DNA from: Acidobacteriota bacterium | GTDB taxonomy: Bacteria; Acidobacteriota; UBA6911 | NCBI GenBank assembly: GCA_963664705.1 | Contig: OY761556.1 | Location: 6,112,001-6,176,000, forward strand | Reading direction: 5' to 3' | Length of the DNA stretch: 64,000 bases | Shown: positions 51,671 to 61,225 of the stretch, in pieces | How the letters are laid out: the number at the start of each line of letters is the position of its first letter | Position numbering within the stretch: the stretch's first letter is position 1 | Program-made: the position numbers and the translations under genes | Notes under the pieces: generated by a model | Seen by the model: the letters and a program-made list of their open reading frames with translations, nothing else | The model's database searches: none | What the model was told of the DNA's origin: nothing

Positions 51671-53461
51671 ATGGCTAACAGTTTATACTCACTCCGCCCC
51701 GACCATTCTTCTTCCGGAATCACCGGGGCACAGATATTTGCAAAACTATGCAAGGATGAAAACTTGCCCGCCCTTTTCTGTGCAGCCGGTAATTACCACA
51801 TCATCAATGCTATCTCGGAGACGGGGATCCCTTGCTACGGTGGTCGAACCGAAGGTGGGATGTGTGCCGCCGCGGATGGATTTGCCAGGGTGACCGGCGA
51901 AGCGGTCGCCTGTTCGGGGACTGAAGGCCCGGGGCTTACCCATATGATGATGAATATTGCCTGTGCCCATGCAGCCAATAGTCCGCTGCTCGTGCTGGCC
52001 AGCAATTCAAGCCTGGCTGCTGAAGACTGCTACAGTTTCATTCAATTCATGTACCAGCAGCCGCTGACGGAAGGCATGCGGAAATATGGGAAGAGAATCA
52101 CCGTGCCAAGCCGGATCTATGAATATGGCGCTGCCGCTTTCAGAAATCTGAAAACCGGCGTACCGGACGTCGTGCACCTCGATTTTCCTCTCGAGGTCGT
52201 GACCCATCGTTTTGCAGATGCGTCCGAACTGGAGCGCTCCTACGACAAAGGGCGATACCGCAGCGATTCCCGGGCGTATCCGGGCAGCAAGGAGCTCCAA
52301 CAGGCTATCGAAATGATCAGCAAGGCCGAACGCCCCGTCCTGATTGCCGGACACGGGATTTTTGTGCGCAAAGCCTGCGACGCGCTGCTGATGGCCGCGG
52401 AAAAACACGAAATGGCTGTGGTGGGTTCGGGCCCGGTTCGGGGACACTTTCCCGATGACCATCGCCTGTCCGGGAGCATGTCCAACGAAGCTTTGATGAA
52501 TGCGGACCTGGTGGTTTTCGTCGGGCAGTACTCGATGCCGCTGCCTGAAGAATGGACATTGCCGCGTGGCGTGAAGACCATACGCGTGCATCCGGAGCAG
52601 GGAGACCTGGGGCGCAACTGGCCCGTCGATCTGGGAATCGTGAGCGACGAAGCTGTATTCATGGAGGCGCTGGCAAACGGACTTCCAGGTAAAAAAAGGG
52701 ATTCCTGGGTGGGGGAGATTGCTGCTGCAAGGCGCCGATGGGAAGAAGCCCAGATGGGACTCTATACCCAGTTTCTCAAATACAGCCGCGATACCAATTC
52801 GCTTCATCCTTTTGTTCTATGCAAAGAAGTCCATGATTTCCTGTACAAAGGCGATATCGATCCCAAACAGACGGTCACCGGGTGGGGCGGAAACATGATC
52901 GGGTTCGGAGCCATGCGATGGCTGCGTGCCAACAGGCCCGGGCAGGAAGTCACGGTCGTGTACCAGTTCGGTCCCATGGGACCGGATCTTGCCATGATGA
53001 TGGGTCCAGCGGTGGCTATTCAGCAAGGCATCGGGCCGCATGCTGCCTATCAGGGCGCACCTGTTGTGGTTGTGACCGGAGATGCCGGCATGGCGTACAG
53101 CCTTCTGGAACTGGATACTTTTGTGCGATACAAGCTCCCGGTAATCTGCATTGTATATAACAATGACTGCTGGGGCACTTTTACCTTGGCAACGGATACC
53201 CCCGGGGCGTTGCATATGTATATGTTCCAGGAAGGCCTGCGCTACGACAAGATGGCCGAGCAGCTTGGCGTTCGAGGCGAGTACGTGCGGACCCCCGAGG
53301 ATCTACGGGCGGCTTTGAAACGCAGCTACGATGCCGCGGGAAGACAGGGGCTCTCGACGCTGATCAACTGCCAGGGGATTAAGGAATTCAACCTGCCTGA
53401 AGCGTATCCACCAGGACTGGATTTTTCGCCGGAGCCTGGAATCGGAGCCATTCGCCATTAG
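51671..53461 (+). CDS. Thiamine pyrophosphate-dependent enzyme (acetolactate synthase / 2-hydroxyacyl-CoA lyase / oxalyl-CoA decarboxylase superfamily)
   Basis: RTEGG..AADGFAR, GPGLT, AERPVLIAG, TPP motif GDAG...NN; GAGGT RBS. Confidence 0.88.
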   Translation: MANSLYSLRPDHSSSGITGAQIFAKLCKDENLPALFCAAGNYHIINAISETGIPCYGGRTEGGMCAAADGFARVTGEAVACSGTEGPGLTHMMMNIACAHAANSPLLVLASNSSLAAEDCYSFIQFMYQQPLTEGMRKYGKRITVPSRIYEYGAAAFRNLKTGVPDVVHLDFPLEVVTHRFADASELERSYDKGRYRSDSRAYPGSKELQQAIEMISKAERPVLIAGHGIFVRKACDALLMAAEKHEMAVVGSGPVRGHFPDDHRLSGSMSNEALMNADLVVFVGQYSMPLPEEWTLPRGVKTIRVHPEQGDLGRNWPVDLGIVSDEAVFMEALANGLPGKKRDSWVGEIAAARRRWEEAQMGLYTQFLKYSRDTNSLHPFVLCKEVHDFLYKGDIDPKQTVTGWGGNMIGFGAMRWLRANRPGQEVTVVYQFGPMGPDLAMMMGPAVAIQQGIGPHAAYQGAPVVVVTGDAGMAYSLLELDTFVRYKLPVICIVYNNDCWGTFTLATDTPGALHMYMFQEGLRYDKMAEQLGVRGEYVRTPEDLRAALKRSYDAAGRQGLSTLINCQGIKEFNLPEAYPPGLDFSPEPGIGAIRH

Positions 53462-53465
53462 TGTT

Positions 53466-53530
53466 TTGACGATTGACGATTGAAAAAAGACATGTGCTTA
53501 TTTCAATCGTCAATCGTCAATCGTTAATCG
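53466..53530. repeat. Inverted heptamer repeat hairpin (TTGACGA)n / (TCGTCAA)n between convergent genes
   Basis: Perfect 20-bp stem ttgacgattgacgattgaaa (53466-85) / tttcaatcgtcaatcgtcaa (53501-20), plus an extra tcgttaa unit. Confidence 0.85.
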
Positions 53531-53532
53531 CC

Positions 53533-54549
53533 TCACCTGCCGGAATCCGGAGTCCAGCCATTGCCGAGTCCATAAGGCAGCGTCACAAACGGCGCAGCCT
53601 CCACGTGGTAAATCAGGCCTTTCCTGATTCCGAAGGTTTCCATGGTAACCAGGTTTTGCAGCATCCCCGGAGGATCGTCGGGTTTGGCGCCACGGCGCGT
53701 GCCGTCGTGGACAAAGAGCGGGAATGTTGCAACGATCTGCTTCTCTTCGTCGACCACCAGGACTCGTCGCGGGCGGATGTGCTTCATGTAGGCGAATGTC
53801 TTTTCGTTGATCTGCTGTTCGCAAGTCAACATGCTGAATCGCAGCATTTCCCGGCCTTGCGGTGTGTCCGCGGTTGGCATGAATGGTGCCGGCATCATCC
53901 GACCGCCGGGCGGCGCATTATTCACCGTCTGATAGCCATTTTCGTGACGGACGCACTCTTTGGCAAAGGCGCCGATTTTACCGCTGTCCCCTTCCAATGC
54001 GTCAAAATAGGAATTGGCAACGCGGATGAGCATATCCCTTGAGGATCTTTCGGCCGGCGGAATGTCAGTGGTCAGAATCGGCTCCGGCGTGGTCAGGAGC
54101 GGTATTGCCGCATCGTTGATGCTGCGATCGTAGAGCTGCTCGATTTCCTGGATCCTTCCCCTGTCAACCTTCAGTCGAACCGCGACCAGCGCATTCTGCC
54201 CGCCGATCTTCAATCTGGCTTGCAGCGCAACCTGGCCGGCATCCGGATCCGCAATATAAATCCTGAAGGTCGTGGGTTCCACTTTGGATCGCCAAAGCAT
54301 GCCCTCTCCGACGCTCATTACCCCCGTGTTTTCCGTCATCCGCACGTCGATAGTCATCGGTGGAACGACCTTGGGATCGTGCTTATAAATAGCATCCATA
54401 TAGCCATTCATAATGCCGATCAGACAGTTTCGGTCACACGGCTTCTGATTTGCCGGATTCCAGTCCGGTTCACCTGCGACCGCGGGATTTGAAGCTACGC
54501 AGCAGAACAACAAGATCATTCCAAGTGCAAGTAAGTATGGTGCCCGCAT
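53533..54549 (-). CDS. Secreted protein of unknown function (CDRxCL family, possibly tandem NTF2-like fold)
   Basis: Signal peptide; CDRNCL, TEN, ANSYF, CVRHENG, IRPRRVLVVDEE; paralog at 61226-62326. Confidence 0.7.
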   Translation of the reverse strand: MRAPYLLALGMILLFCCVASNPAVAGEPDWNPANQKPCDRNCLIGIMNGYMDAIYKHDPKVVPPMTIDVRMTENTGVMSVGEGMLWRSKVEPTTFRIYIADPDAGQVALQARLKIGGQNALVAVRLKVDRGRIQEIEQLYDRSINDAAIPLLTTPEPILTTDIPPAERSSRDMLIRVANSYFDALEGDSGKIGAFAKECVRHENGYQTVNNAPPGGRMMPAPFMPTADTPQGREMLRFSMLTCEQQINEKTFAYMKHIRPRRVLVVDEEKQIVATFPLFVHDGTRRGAKPDDPPGMLQNLVTMETFGIRKGLIYHVEAAPFVTLPYGLGNGWTPDSGR

Positions 54550-54590
54550 CTCGCTCTCCTGTGATGGTTAGAATCGGGGGTGGCCCCGAT

Positions 54591-56654
54591 TTACTGCAAT
54601 TTTTCCCTGTGTGAGTCAATGTAAAGGCCGATGGCAAGAAGCACAAACATGATCAACCCGAGCCAGTTGCTCCATCCCTGCAGCCACGGGCCCAAAAGTT
54701 TTGTGAGGTCCGGCACTATCGTGACCTTCCAGGAATCCTCTATAAATCGAAGCAGAGCCGCCAGTACTCCGACTAGCGCCCCTCCCGCGATAAAGCCGGA
54801 AGCAATCAAAGTCCCTTTCTCGTGGCGAGCCTTATTCAAATCCTGATTCCTGGACGAGCGCTGGAGAAACCACGCAACCGCAGCGCCGAGCACCAGGGGG
54901 GAGTTGAGCTCCATTGGGAGGTACATTCCAAGAGCAAAGGCAAGTGCCGACACTCCGCACATAGCCATGACCACGGCAAAAACCGCGCCCAGCGCATACA
55001 GGAACCATGGCGCACCTTCTGCAGCCATGACGCCGCGCAGCACGGCGGCCATCGCATTCGGCTGTGGCGCCGGCAGGGGATTCGGATGCCCCGGGCCGGG
55101 AGCAAAGCCGTAGACCTTCGACATGAGCAGGATCACTGCCGTTGTCGCCGCGGATGCGGCAATGGAGCCGACTATATTGCTGATCTCGATCTTTTTCGGA
55201 GTGGCGCCAAGCCAGTATCCGATCTTGTATTGGGTGACAAGCGATCCCGACATCGAAAGTGCTGTGCAGACCACGCCGCCGATCAATAGAACCTGAAGCA
55301 TTCCGGATTCACCGCTCAAACCGAGAGAGGACAAAGCTACAGCGGTTACAATCAGTGTGGTCAGCGTCATCCCGGAGATCGGAGTGATGGAGATCATTGC
55401 GATTGCCCAGGCCGAGACCGCCGCAAACAGGAATGCAATGATGAGCGTCAGGAGCACAGAGATGAATCCGATCCTGGTCGCTCCCGGAGTGCCTGTCAGC
55501 ACGGAAAAGCGGAAATACAGAAATATCAGAATTGCTGTCGCGGCGATGCCGAGCATGACTGCCGACATCGGCAATGCGCGGTCGGTCCGGTCAATGGTAT
55601 TGTCCACGCCCTTCTTTTGCACCAGTCGGACAATCTCGCCCATGGCCTGGCGTGTCGCCTGCACGATGACTGGAGACATTTTTATGATCGAGATGATTCC
55701 AGCCGCGAAAATACCCCCGATCCCAATGGGGCGAACATATTGGAAGAACAGATCCTCCGGCGGCATCTGCGCCAGCGGAATGGCTCCGGCAGCAAGGGCA
55801 CCCGGGATGTACTGGCCGAGATAGGCAAACAATGGCACCAATACGAAAAACGAAACGAACGATCCGGCCAGAATGATGGATGCGTATTCGAGGCCCATGA
55901 TGTATCCCAGTCCCAGAACCGCGGCCGAGGTGTTCATGGTGAATACCGCTTTGTATTTGGACGTGAAGCCCTGAAGCGAGCTGATCGCGCCGGTGGAAAA
56001 ATTTTCCGCCCATGCCCGCATCGAAGGACCTGCAAAGTCAAACAATGCTGCCACGACTGCGGAATAGCTCAAAACGATGGCGCTATGCCCGCCGCGCTTT
56101 CCGGCCATCAGTATTTCGGTGGTGGCGCGCGCTTCCGGGTATGGCAGTTTGCCGTGCAGATCGCGGACGAAATAGCGTCTGAAGGGGGCGAGAAAAAAGA
56201 TCCCAAGGAATGCGCCAAGCAGCGGGACCAGGAAAATCTGAAAGAAAGAGGACCTGTTCTCGAGCCCAAGAATATAAATGGCCGGCATGGTGAAAACGGA
56301 GCCGCCGGCCACAATTCCGGCGGTTGCGCCCACGGCGAGCACATTGACGTTTTCGAGCAGCGTCGAAGCCCGGCTCTTCATGAACTTGACCGCAAAAACA
56401 GAGAACCCGACGGCCAGGACGGAGATCGGGATCGCCGATTCAATTCCTTGCCCCAATTTCAGCGCGATGTAGGTTGCGGCAGCAGAGAAAATGATCGACC
56501 AGGTGAAGCCCTGTACGATTGATCGAAGCGTGACTTCCGGCGTGATGGTTCCTGCGGGGATCACCGGAGCATAGGTCTCCCCGGGATTGAGTTCGCGAAA
56601 CGCATTTTCCGGAAGGCGAACATCATCCAAATTGGGGGGCGGGTTTTGCGTCAT
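54591..56654 (-). CDS. OPT-family oligopeptide transporter
   Basis: EVTLRS, YIALKLG, ENVN, FTMPA, LPYPEA, KIGYWLGATP, PAPQ, ASGFIAG; many TMs. Confidence 0.92.
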   Translation of the reverse strand: MTQNPPPNLDDVRLPENAFRELNPGETYAPVIPAGTITPEVTLRSIVQGFTWSIIFSAAATYIALKLGQGIESAIPISVLAVGFSVFAVKFMKSRASTLLENVNVLAVGATAGIVAGGSVFTMPAIYILGLENRSSFFQIFLVPLLGAFLGIFFLAPFRRYFVRDLHGKLPYPEARATTEILMAGKRGGHSAIVLSYSAVVAALFDFAGPSMRAWAENFSTGAISSLQGFTSKYKAVFTMNTSAAVLGLGYIMGLEYASIILAGSFVSFFVLVPLFAYLGQYIPGALAAGAIPLAQMPPEDLFFQYVRPIGIGGIFAAGIISIIKMSPVIVQATRQAMGEIVRLVQKKGVDNTIDRTDRALPMSAVMLGIAATAILIFLYFRFSVLTGTPGATRIGFISVLLTLIIAFLFAAVSAWAIAMISITPISGMTLTTLIVTAVALSSLGLSGESGMLQVLLIGGVVCTALSMSGSLVTQYKIGYWLGATPKKIEISNIVGSIAASAATTAVILLMSKVYGFAPGPGHPNPLPAPQPNAMAAVLRGVMAAEGAPWFLYALGAVFAVVMAMCGVSALAFALGMYLPMELNSPLVLGAAVAWFLQRSSRNQDLNKARHEKGTLIASGFIAGGALVGVLAALLRFIEDSWKVTIVPDLTKLLGPWLQGWSNWLGLIMFVLLAIGLYIDSHREKLQ

Positions 56655-58441
56655 ACATTTGCCTCGCCGTATTTTTCCATGACAGATTCGATGACTCGAC
56701 GCGAGAGGCTGTGATAACCCGGCTTGCCTTGCGCATAAATAGCCTTTGCCAGGGCTTGTGTTTGAGGATGCTTGCCCAGCGCTCCATAAAGCGGTCGCAG
56801 GTATTTCATGCGGCCCACCTCCAGAAGTACATCCTTCACTCTCTCAAACACCGGTTCATAGGCCGAGCCGGCGGCGATGGTCAGCCATTCAACGAGAATT
56901 TCATAATTTCCCCGGTGCGTGAGGTTGAAGCTCTGGTCGAGCCACGTCAGCGTTTCGGGATCCATTTCGCGCGGCAGATGCTGCAGGAAGACGAGAAGCT
57001 CACTCGAGTCCCAGGCGGCAATCTGCTTGGGTGTCGGACGCGTTCCCTGCTTGAAAGCGCCGGCAAGCGCAATAAGTTCATCGAGCGATTCCGATTTGAA
57101 CTCCGGGTTGTTGGAAGGCATTCCGGTTTCATAAAGCCATGCATTCAACTGGACGGCTTCGGCAGTCCCTGGGAGTTCCTTATCAAGGAAGGCGGTGAAT
57201 TCTTCGGTGGTGATCGAGGTAAAGCGGAATGTCTCCATGTATTTCCGCATAAACCGATCAAATTGTTCGCGGCCGACATGCTGTTCGAGGACATAGACGA
57301 GCCGGGCACCCTTTTCATAGGGGATGGAGGAAAACGCGTCATCAGGATCAATCCCGTTCAGCTCGGTTCGAAGCTTGGTGAGCGGAGAGTCGGCCCCAAA
57401 GCGTTCAACCGACTGCTTAAGATCCTTTTGCCCGATGGCCCAGCGAAGCGCGGAAGCTTTTTCGCCGTGCAGCGCATCCAAAATCCGGCGCTCGGCCCAG
57501 GTCGTGAATCCTTCGTTGAGCCAGAAGTGTTCCATCGATGCATTCGTGACAAGGTTGCCTGTCCATGAATGGGCCAGTTCATGTGCGATTACATCCACCA
57601 GGGAGCGATCACCCGCGATCACGGTTGGAGTCAGGAATGTCATACGCGGATTTTCCATTCCGCCAAATGGGAATGCCGGAGGAAGCACCAGCATGTCATA
57701 TCGATCCCATTCATAGGGGCCAAACAGCTGTTCTGCCGTTTCGATCATCTGTTCGACTTCGCCGAACTCGTATTCCGCTTTCTCGACCATCTCCCGTTCT
57801 GCCCAGACTCGGGCGCGTGGCGAAAGGTCGCGGGCATCGAGGTCGCCCGCCGCCACCGCCAGAAGATAGGGAGGGATCGGCTGCGGCATGTTGAATCGAA
57901 ACGCTCGAACTCCCGGAGGAATGTCCCTGATTTGACCGGCCGGTCCCGCAGACATCACCGGCGTAATTTCTTCGGGCACGGTCACTACCGCGCGATACGA
58001 TACGCGTACGCGCGGCGTGTCCTGGCAAGGCACAATCGTGCGGGCATGGATTGCCTGGCATTGGGAATACATAAATGGCTGCCGCTTGCCCAGCGTCATC
58101 GCAGGCTCGAACCACTGGAGCGCAATGGCTTCAGGCGAGGTCACATAGCCGATCATGATGGCCTTGGTTCCTTCCGGAAGCTCAATCCTCAATCGCTGTC
58201 CGAGTATCGGATCTTCCTCTCCGAGCTGGAATGGTAGCTCGACTCCGCTGTTCGAATAAACGGAACGGATGGTCAGTCCTTTTGTATCCAAATCCATCAG
58301 GCCGCTCGATGGGCCTTCGAGGACGTGCGTTACCGATCCCTCAATCTGATGCCGGGAAAAGTCGATAAACCACTCCAGTTCCCAATGGCGGGTTCGAGGT
58401 TGAGTGGTGTCGTAATAGGAGTGCGGATCTAGCCGAGTCAT
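56651..58441 (-). CDS. M1 family aminopeptidase, leukotriene A4 hydrolase-like
   Basis: DPHSY, SQCQAIHAR, GGMEN, HELAH...NE, PYEKG, GRMKYLRPLY; ATGA overlap with the OPT gene. Confidence 0.93.
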   Translation of the reverse strand: MTRLDPHSYYDTTQPRTRHWELEWFIDFSRHQIEGSVTHVLEGPSSGLMDLDTKGLTIRSVYSNSGVELPFQLGEEDPILGQRLRIELPEGTKAIMIGYVTSPEAIALQWFEPAMTLGKRQPFMYSQCQAIHARTIVPCQDTPRVRVSYRAVVTVPEEITPVMSAGPAGQIRDIPPGVRAFRFNMPQPIPPYLLAVAAGDLDARDLSPRARVWAEREMVEKAEYEFGEVEQMIETAEQLFGPYEWDRYDMLVLPPAFPFGGMENPRMTFLTPTVIAGDRSLVDVIAHELAHSWTGNLVTNASMEHFWLNEGFTTWAERRILDALHGEKASALRWAIGQKDLKQSVERFGADSPLTKLRTELNGIDPDDAFSSIPYEKGARLVYVLEQHVGREQFDRFMRKYMETFRFTSITTEEFTAFLDKELPGTAEAVQLNAWLYETGMPSNNPEFKSESLDELIALAGAFKQGTRPTPKQIAAWDSSELLVFLQHLPREMDPETLTWLDQSFNLTHRGNYEILVEWLTIAAGSAYEPVFERVKDVLLEVGRMKYLRPLYGALGKHPQTQALAKAIYAQGKPGYHSLSRRVIESVMEKYGEANV

Positions 58442-58560
58442 GATTTCCTCCCCTTTCAAGGCTTCGAATGCCTCATTGTAACCCGAAGACCCGATTTGAC
58501 TAAAGGTTCAAAGGCAAACGCGGCCATTTACGCGAATTATTTTGATTCGGTCCGTGTGCT

Positions 58561-59805
58561 CTAGCGGGAGGTTTTGATGAAGCTCGCAAATGTCAGCGCA
58601 AACAGGCTGACGATGGCACACATAAATAGCGCCCAGTGATAGCTGCCGGTAAAATCGAAAATATAGCCCGCAAGCAGTGGGCCGAGCGCGGATCCCATGG
58701 TGCTGCCCAGCCCGATGCTGCCGAGAATCAGTCCGTGAGAGCGTAGTCCGAAAAGAGTGGCTACCACCGGCGATTGAGCGGTGCCAACTCCGCCCTGCGT
58801 AATGCCAAACAGCAAGGCGAGCAGAAAGAAAGCCCAGTGGGCATGGACCAGTGTGATGAAAAAGAAGGAGAGCGAAGAGACAATAAAGCAGAAAATGAGG
58901 ACGGGTTTGTTGCCATACCTGTCCGCAAGGGTTCCCAGGATGATTCTGCTGATCACAAACATGGCGCCCGTTACCGCCATGATGTTTGCTGCCCGCGTCG
59001 GCCGCATCCCGGAGTTGATGGCATCCGGGACGATGTGTACGTTGTAGGACATGGACACGGTCCCAAAGCAGAAGACCAGCGCAAAGAAAATCCAGAATTG
59101 GGATGTCCGCATGGCTTCCGGGTAGGTGTGTCCGTGGACTTGCGATGGGATTGCGGAGCTGTCCGGATTCTCTCCATAGGCAACTGATCCGATCGACGCC
59201 GGGTCTCGTTTGAAGAACTGTGCCGCAATAATAACAACGGTGAAAATAAAAAGACCCATGATCAGGAAGGAACTTCTCCATCCATGGCTGTCAATCAAGT
59301 GAGCGATATACGGAGGGACACAAAGCATGCCCATGCCCGCTCCACTGGAAACCAGGCCGGTCATCAGGTTCCGACGGGCTTTGAACCAACGGGCTGTCAT
59401 TGAAACCAGAGGAACAAACATCGCGCCCATTCCTATGCCGAGCAGAACGCCATAGAACAGGAAGAGCTGCCAGGGGGAATGGGCCAGTGCTGTCAGGCAG
59501 TATCCCGCGACTATCAGAATACTAGAAACCGAAACGACGATGCGCGGGCCGAATCTGTCCGCCAGCCCTCCGGATATAAGAGAGAAAATGCCTTCGCACA
59601 GAAATGAAATGGAATAGGCGGCGGAAGTGGTGGCTGCGCTGAAGCCCAGGTCTTTTGCCATCGGTTTGAAGAAGACTCCATAGGCAAAGCGGACTCCATA
59701 GGCGGAGAACAGAGCAAAGAAAGCGGCAATGGCAATAATAAATCCATAGAAAATGCCGGATTCGGTCTCGGTCGAAACGTCGACGTCTGGTCCTCGATTT
59801 ATCAT
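58561..59805 (-). CDS. MFS transporter (OFA/MCT-like)
   Basis: 12 TM pattern, GGLADRFGPR and GTLADRYGNK motif A, WF..RR.L..G, AGYIFDFTGSY. Confidence 0.9.
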   Translation of the reverse strand: MINRGPDVDVSTETESGIFYGFIIAIAAFFALFSAYGVRFAYGVFFKPMAKDLGFSAATTSAAYSISFLCEGIFSLISGGLADRFGPRIVVSVSSILIVAGYCLTALAHSPWQLFLFYGVLLGIGMGAMFVPLVSMTARWFKARRNLMTGLVSSGAGMGMLCVPPYIAHLIDSHGWRSSFLIMGLFIFTVVIIAAQFFKRDPASIGSVAYGENPDSSAIPSQVHGHTYPEAMRTSQFWIFFALVFCFGTVSMSYNVHIVPDAINSGMRPTRAANIMAVTGAMFVISRIILGTLADRYGNKPVLIFCFIVSSLSFFFITLVHAHWAFFLLALLFGITQGGVGTAQSPVVATLFGLRSHGLILGSIGLGSTMGSALGPLLAGYIFDFTGSYHWALFMCAIVSLFALTFASFIKTSR

Positions 59806-59901
59806 GGCGGACTAGCCTAATCATGATAAAAAGAAAATACACCAAAAATCGTGCCATGGCTGTCTGGTTGCCCTGTAAGATCTGAGAAAAAGGAGCTGCG
59901 A

Positions 59902-61167
59902 ATGCGAATTACGCGACTATTGGCCGTTTCTATCATTGTAGGGACATTTTCTCTTCTCTGCGGAGCCGTGGACTGGCCGCAATTCCGCGGGCCGCAGCGC
60001 AATGGAGTTTCGTTGGAACGCGGGTTGTTAAAGGAATGGCCCAAAGGAGGGCCTAAGCTTCTGTGGCAGCAGAAGGATATCGGAGAGGGCTACGGTTCAC
60101 CCGCAGTCGCTGGATCGATCCTCTATTTAGTCAGCAACAAGGGGATGGACAACGAATTCGTGCAGGCGATGTCGGCCAAGGATGGGAAACAGATCTGGGC
60201 CACAACGATTGGCAAGGTCGGCAGCCTGGACCAGAAGCCGCCCTATCCAAAAGCTCGAACGACTCCGACTCTGGACGGCAAATTTATCTATGCTTTCAGC
60301 TCCGATGGAGACTTGGCCTGTCTGGAGACAGCCAGGGGCAAAGTGGTCTGGAGCAGAAATGTTCGAAAGGAGTTTGGCGGTAAACCGGGGATATGGGCCT
60401 ATTCGGAATCGCCGCTGATTGACGGGGATGCCGTGGCCATTACTCCCGGCGGGGCGGAAGCGACAATCGTGAAACTGAACAAGAAAACCGGCGCGACCAT
60501 TTGGAAATCGGCAGTGGCGGAGGGTGATGCCGCCGGGTATTCGTCTCTCGCGATCGTCGAGACCGCAAGCCGCAGACTATATGTTCAGTTCATGGAGAAG
60601 GGTTTGGTGGGAGTGGACGCCAAGACCGGCCAGTTCCTGTGGCGCTACACCGGCATGGTCGGGAGCCCCGCAAACATGTGCATGCCGGTTGTCCGAAGCC
60701 CCTATGTTTATAACGCAAATCCCCGGCGCGTGGCCGGAGCACTCCTTCGGGTCAAGGAATCTCAAGGCCAGGTTGTGGCAGAACAGGTTTACCTGGAGCG
60801 CGGATTGCCGAATGACATCGGCGGCCAGGTGCTCGTGGGGGATTTCCTGTATGGAACCAATGCGGAAGGCGGTCTGATCGCCGCCGAATTCAGCACCGGG
60901 AAGATGCGCTGGAAAGCGGAAGGAATCGGGTCCGGTTCCATTACCTATGCGGATGGGCTTTTGTTCCTGCACGGCGAGAATGGAGACGTGGCACTCGTGG
61001 AAGCTACTCCTGAAGCCTATCGCGAGAAAGGGCGTTTTACACCGCCCGGTCAGCCGTCGCATCCAGGCGGGCCGATGGAGAAAGCCTGGACCTATCCGGT
61101 TGTTGCAAACGGCCGTTTGTATATCCGGGATCTTGGCACGCTCTGGTGCTACGACGTGAAGAAATAA
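59902..61167 (+). CDS. Secreted PQQ-like beta-propeller repeat protein
   Basis: Signal peptide, DWPQFRGP, repeated TG.x.W motifs, WTYPVVANGRLYIRD; AAGGAG RBS. Confidence 0.88.
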   Translation: MRITRLLAVSIIVGTFSLLCGAVDWPQFRGPQRNGVSLERGLLKEWPKGGPKLLWQQKDIGEGYGSPAVAGSILYLVSNKGMDNEFVQAMSAKDGKQIWATTIGKVGSLDQKPPYPKARTTPTLDGKFIYAFSSDGDLACLETARGKVVWSRNVRKEFGGKPGIWAYSESPLIDGDAVAITPGGAEATIVKLNKKTGATIWKSAVAEGDAAGYSSLAIVETASRRLYVQFMEKGLVGVDAKTGQFLWRYTGMVGSPANMCMPVVRSPYVYNANPRRVAGALLRVKESQGQVVAEQVYLERGLPNDIGGQVLVGDFLYGTNAEGGLIAAEFSTGKMRWKAEGIGSGSITYADGLLFLHGENGDVALVEATPEAYREKGRFTPPGQPSHPGGPMEKAWTYPVVANGRLYIRDLGTLWCYDVKK

Positions 61168-61225
61168 CCGGCTGGGAGCGTCACCGGCCTTCGCTGAAGC
61201 TATGGCTGGCGACGCTCCCGCGGTT

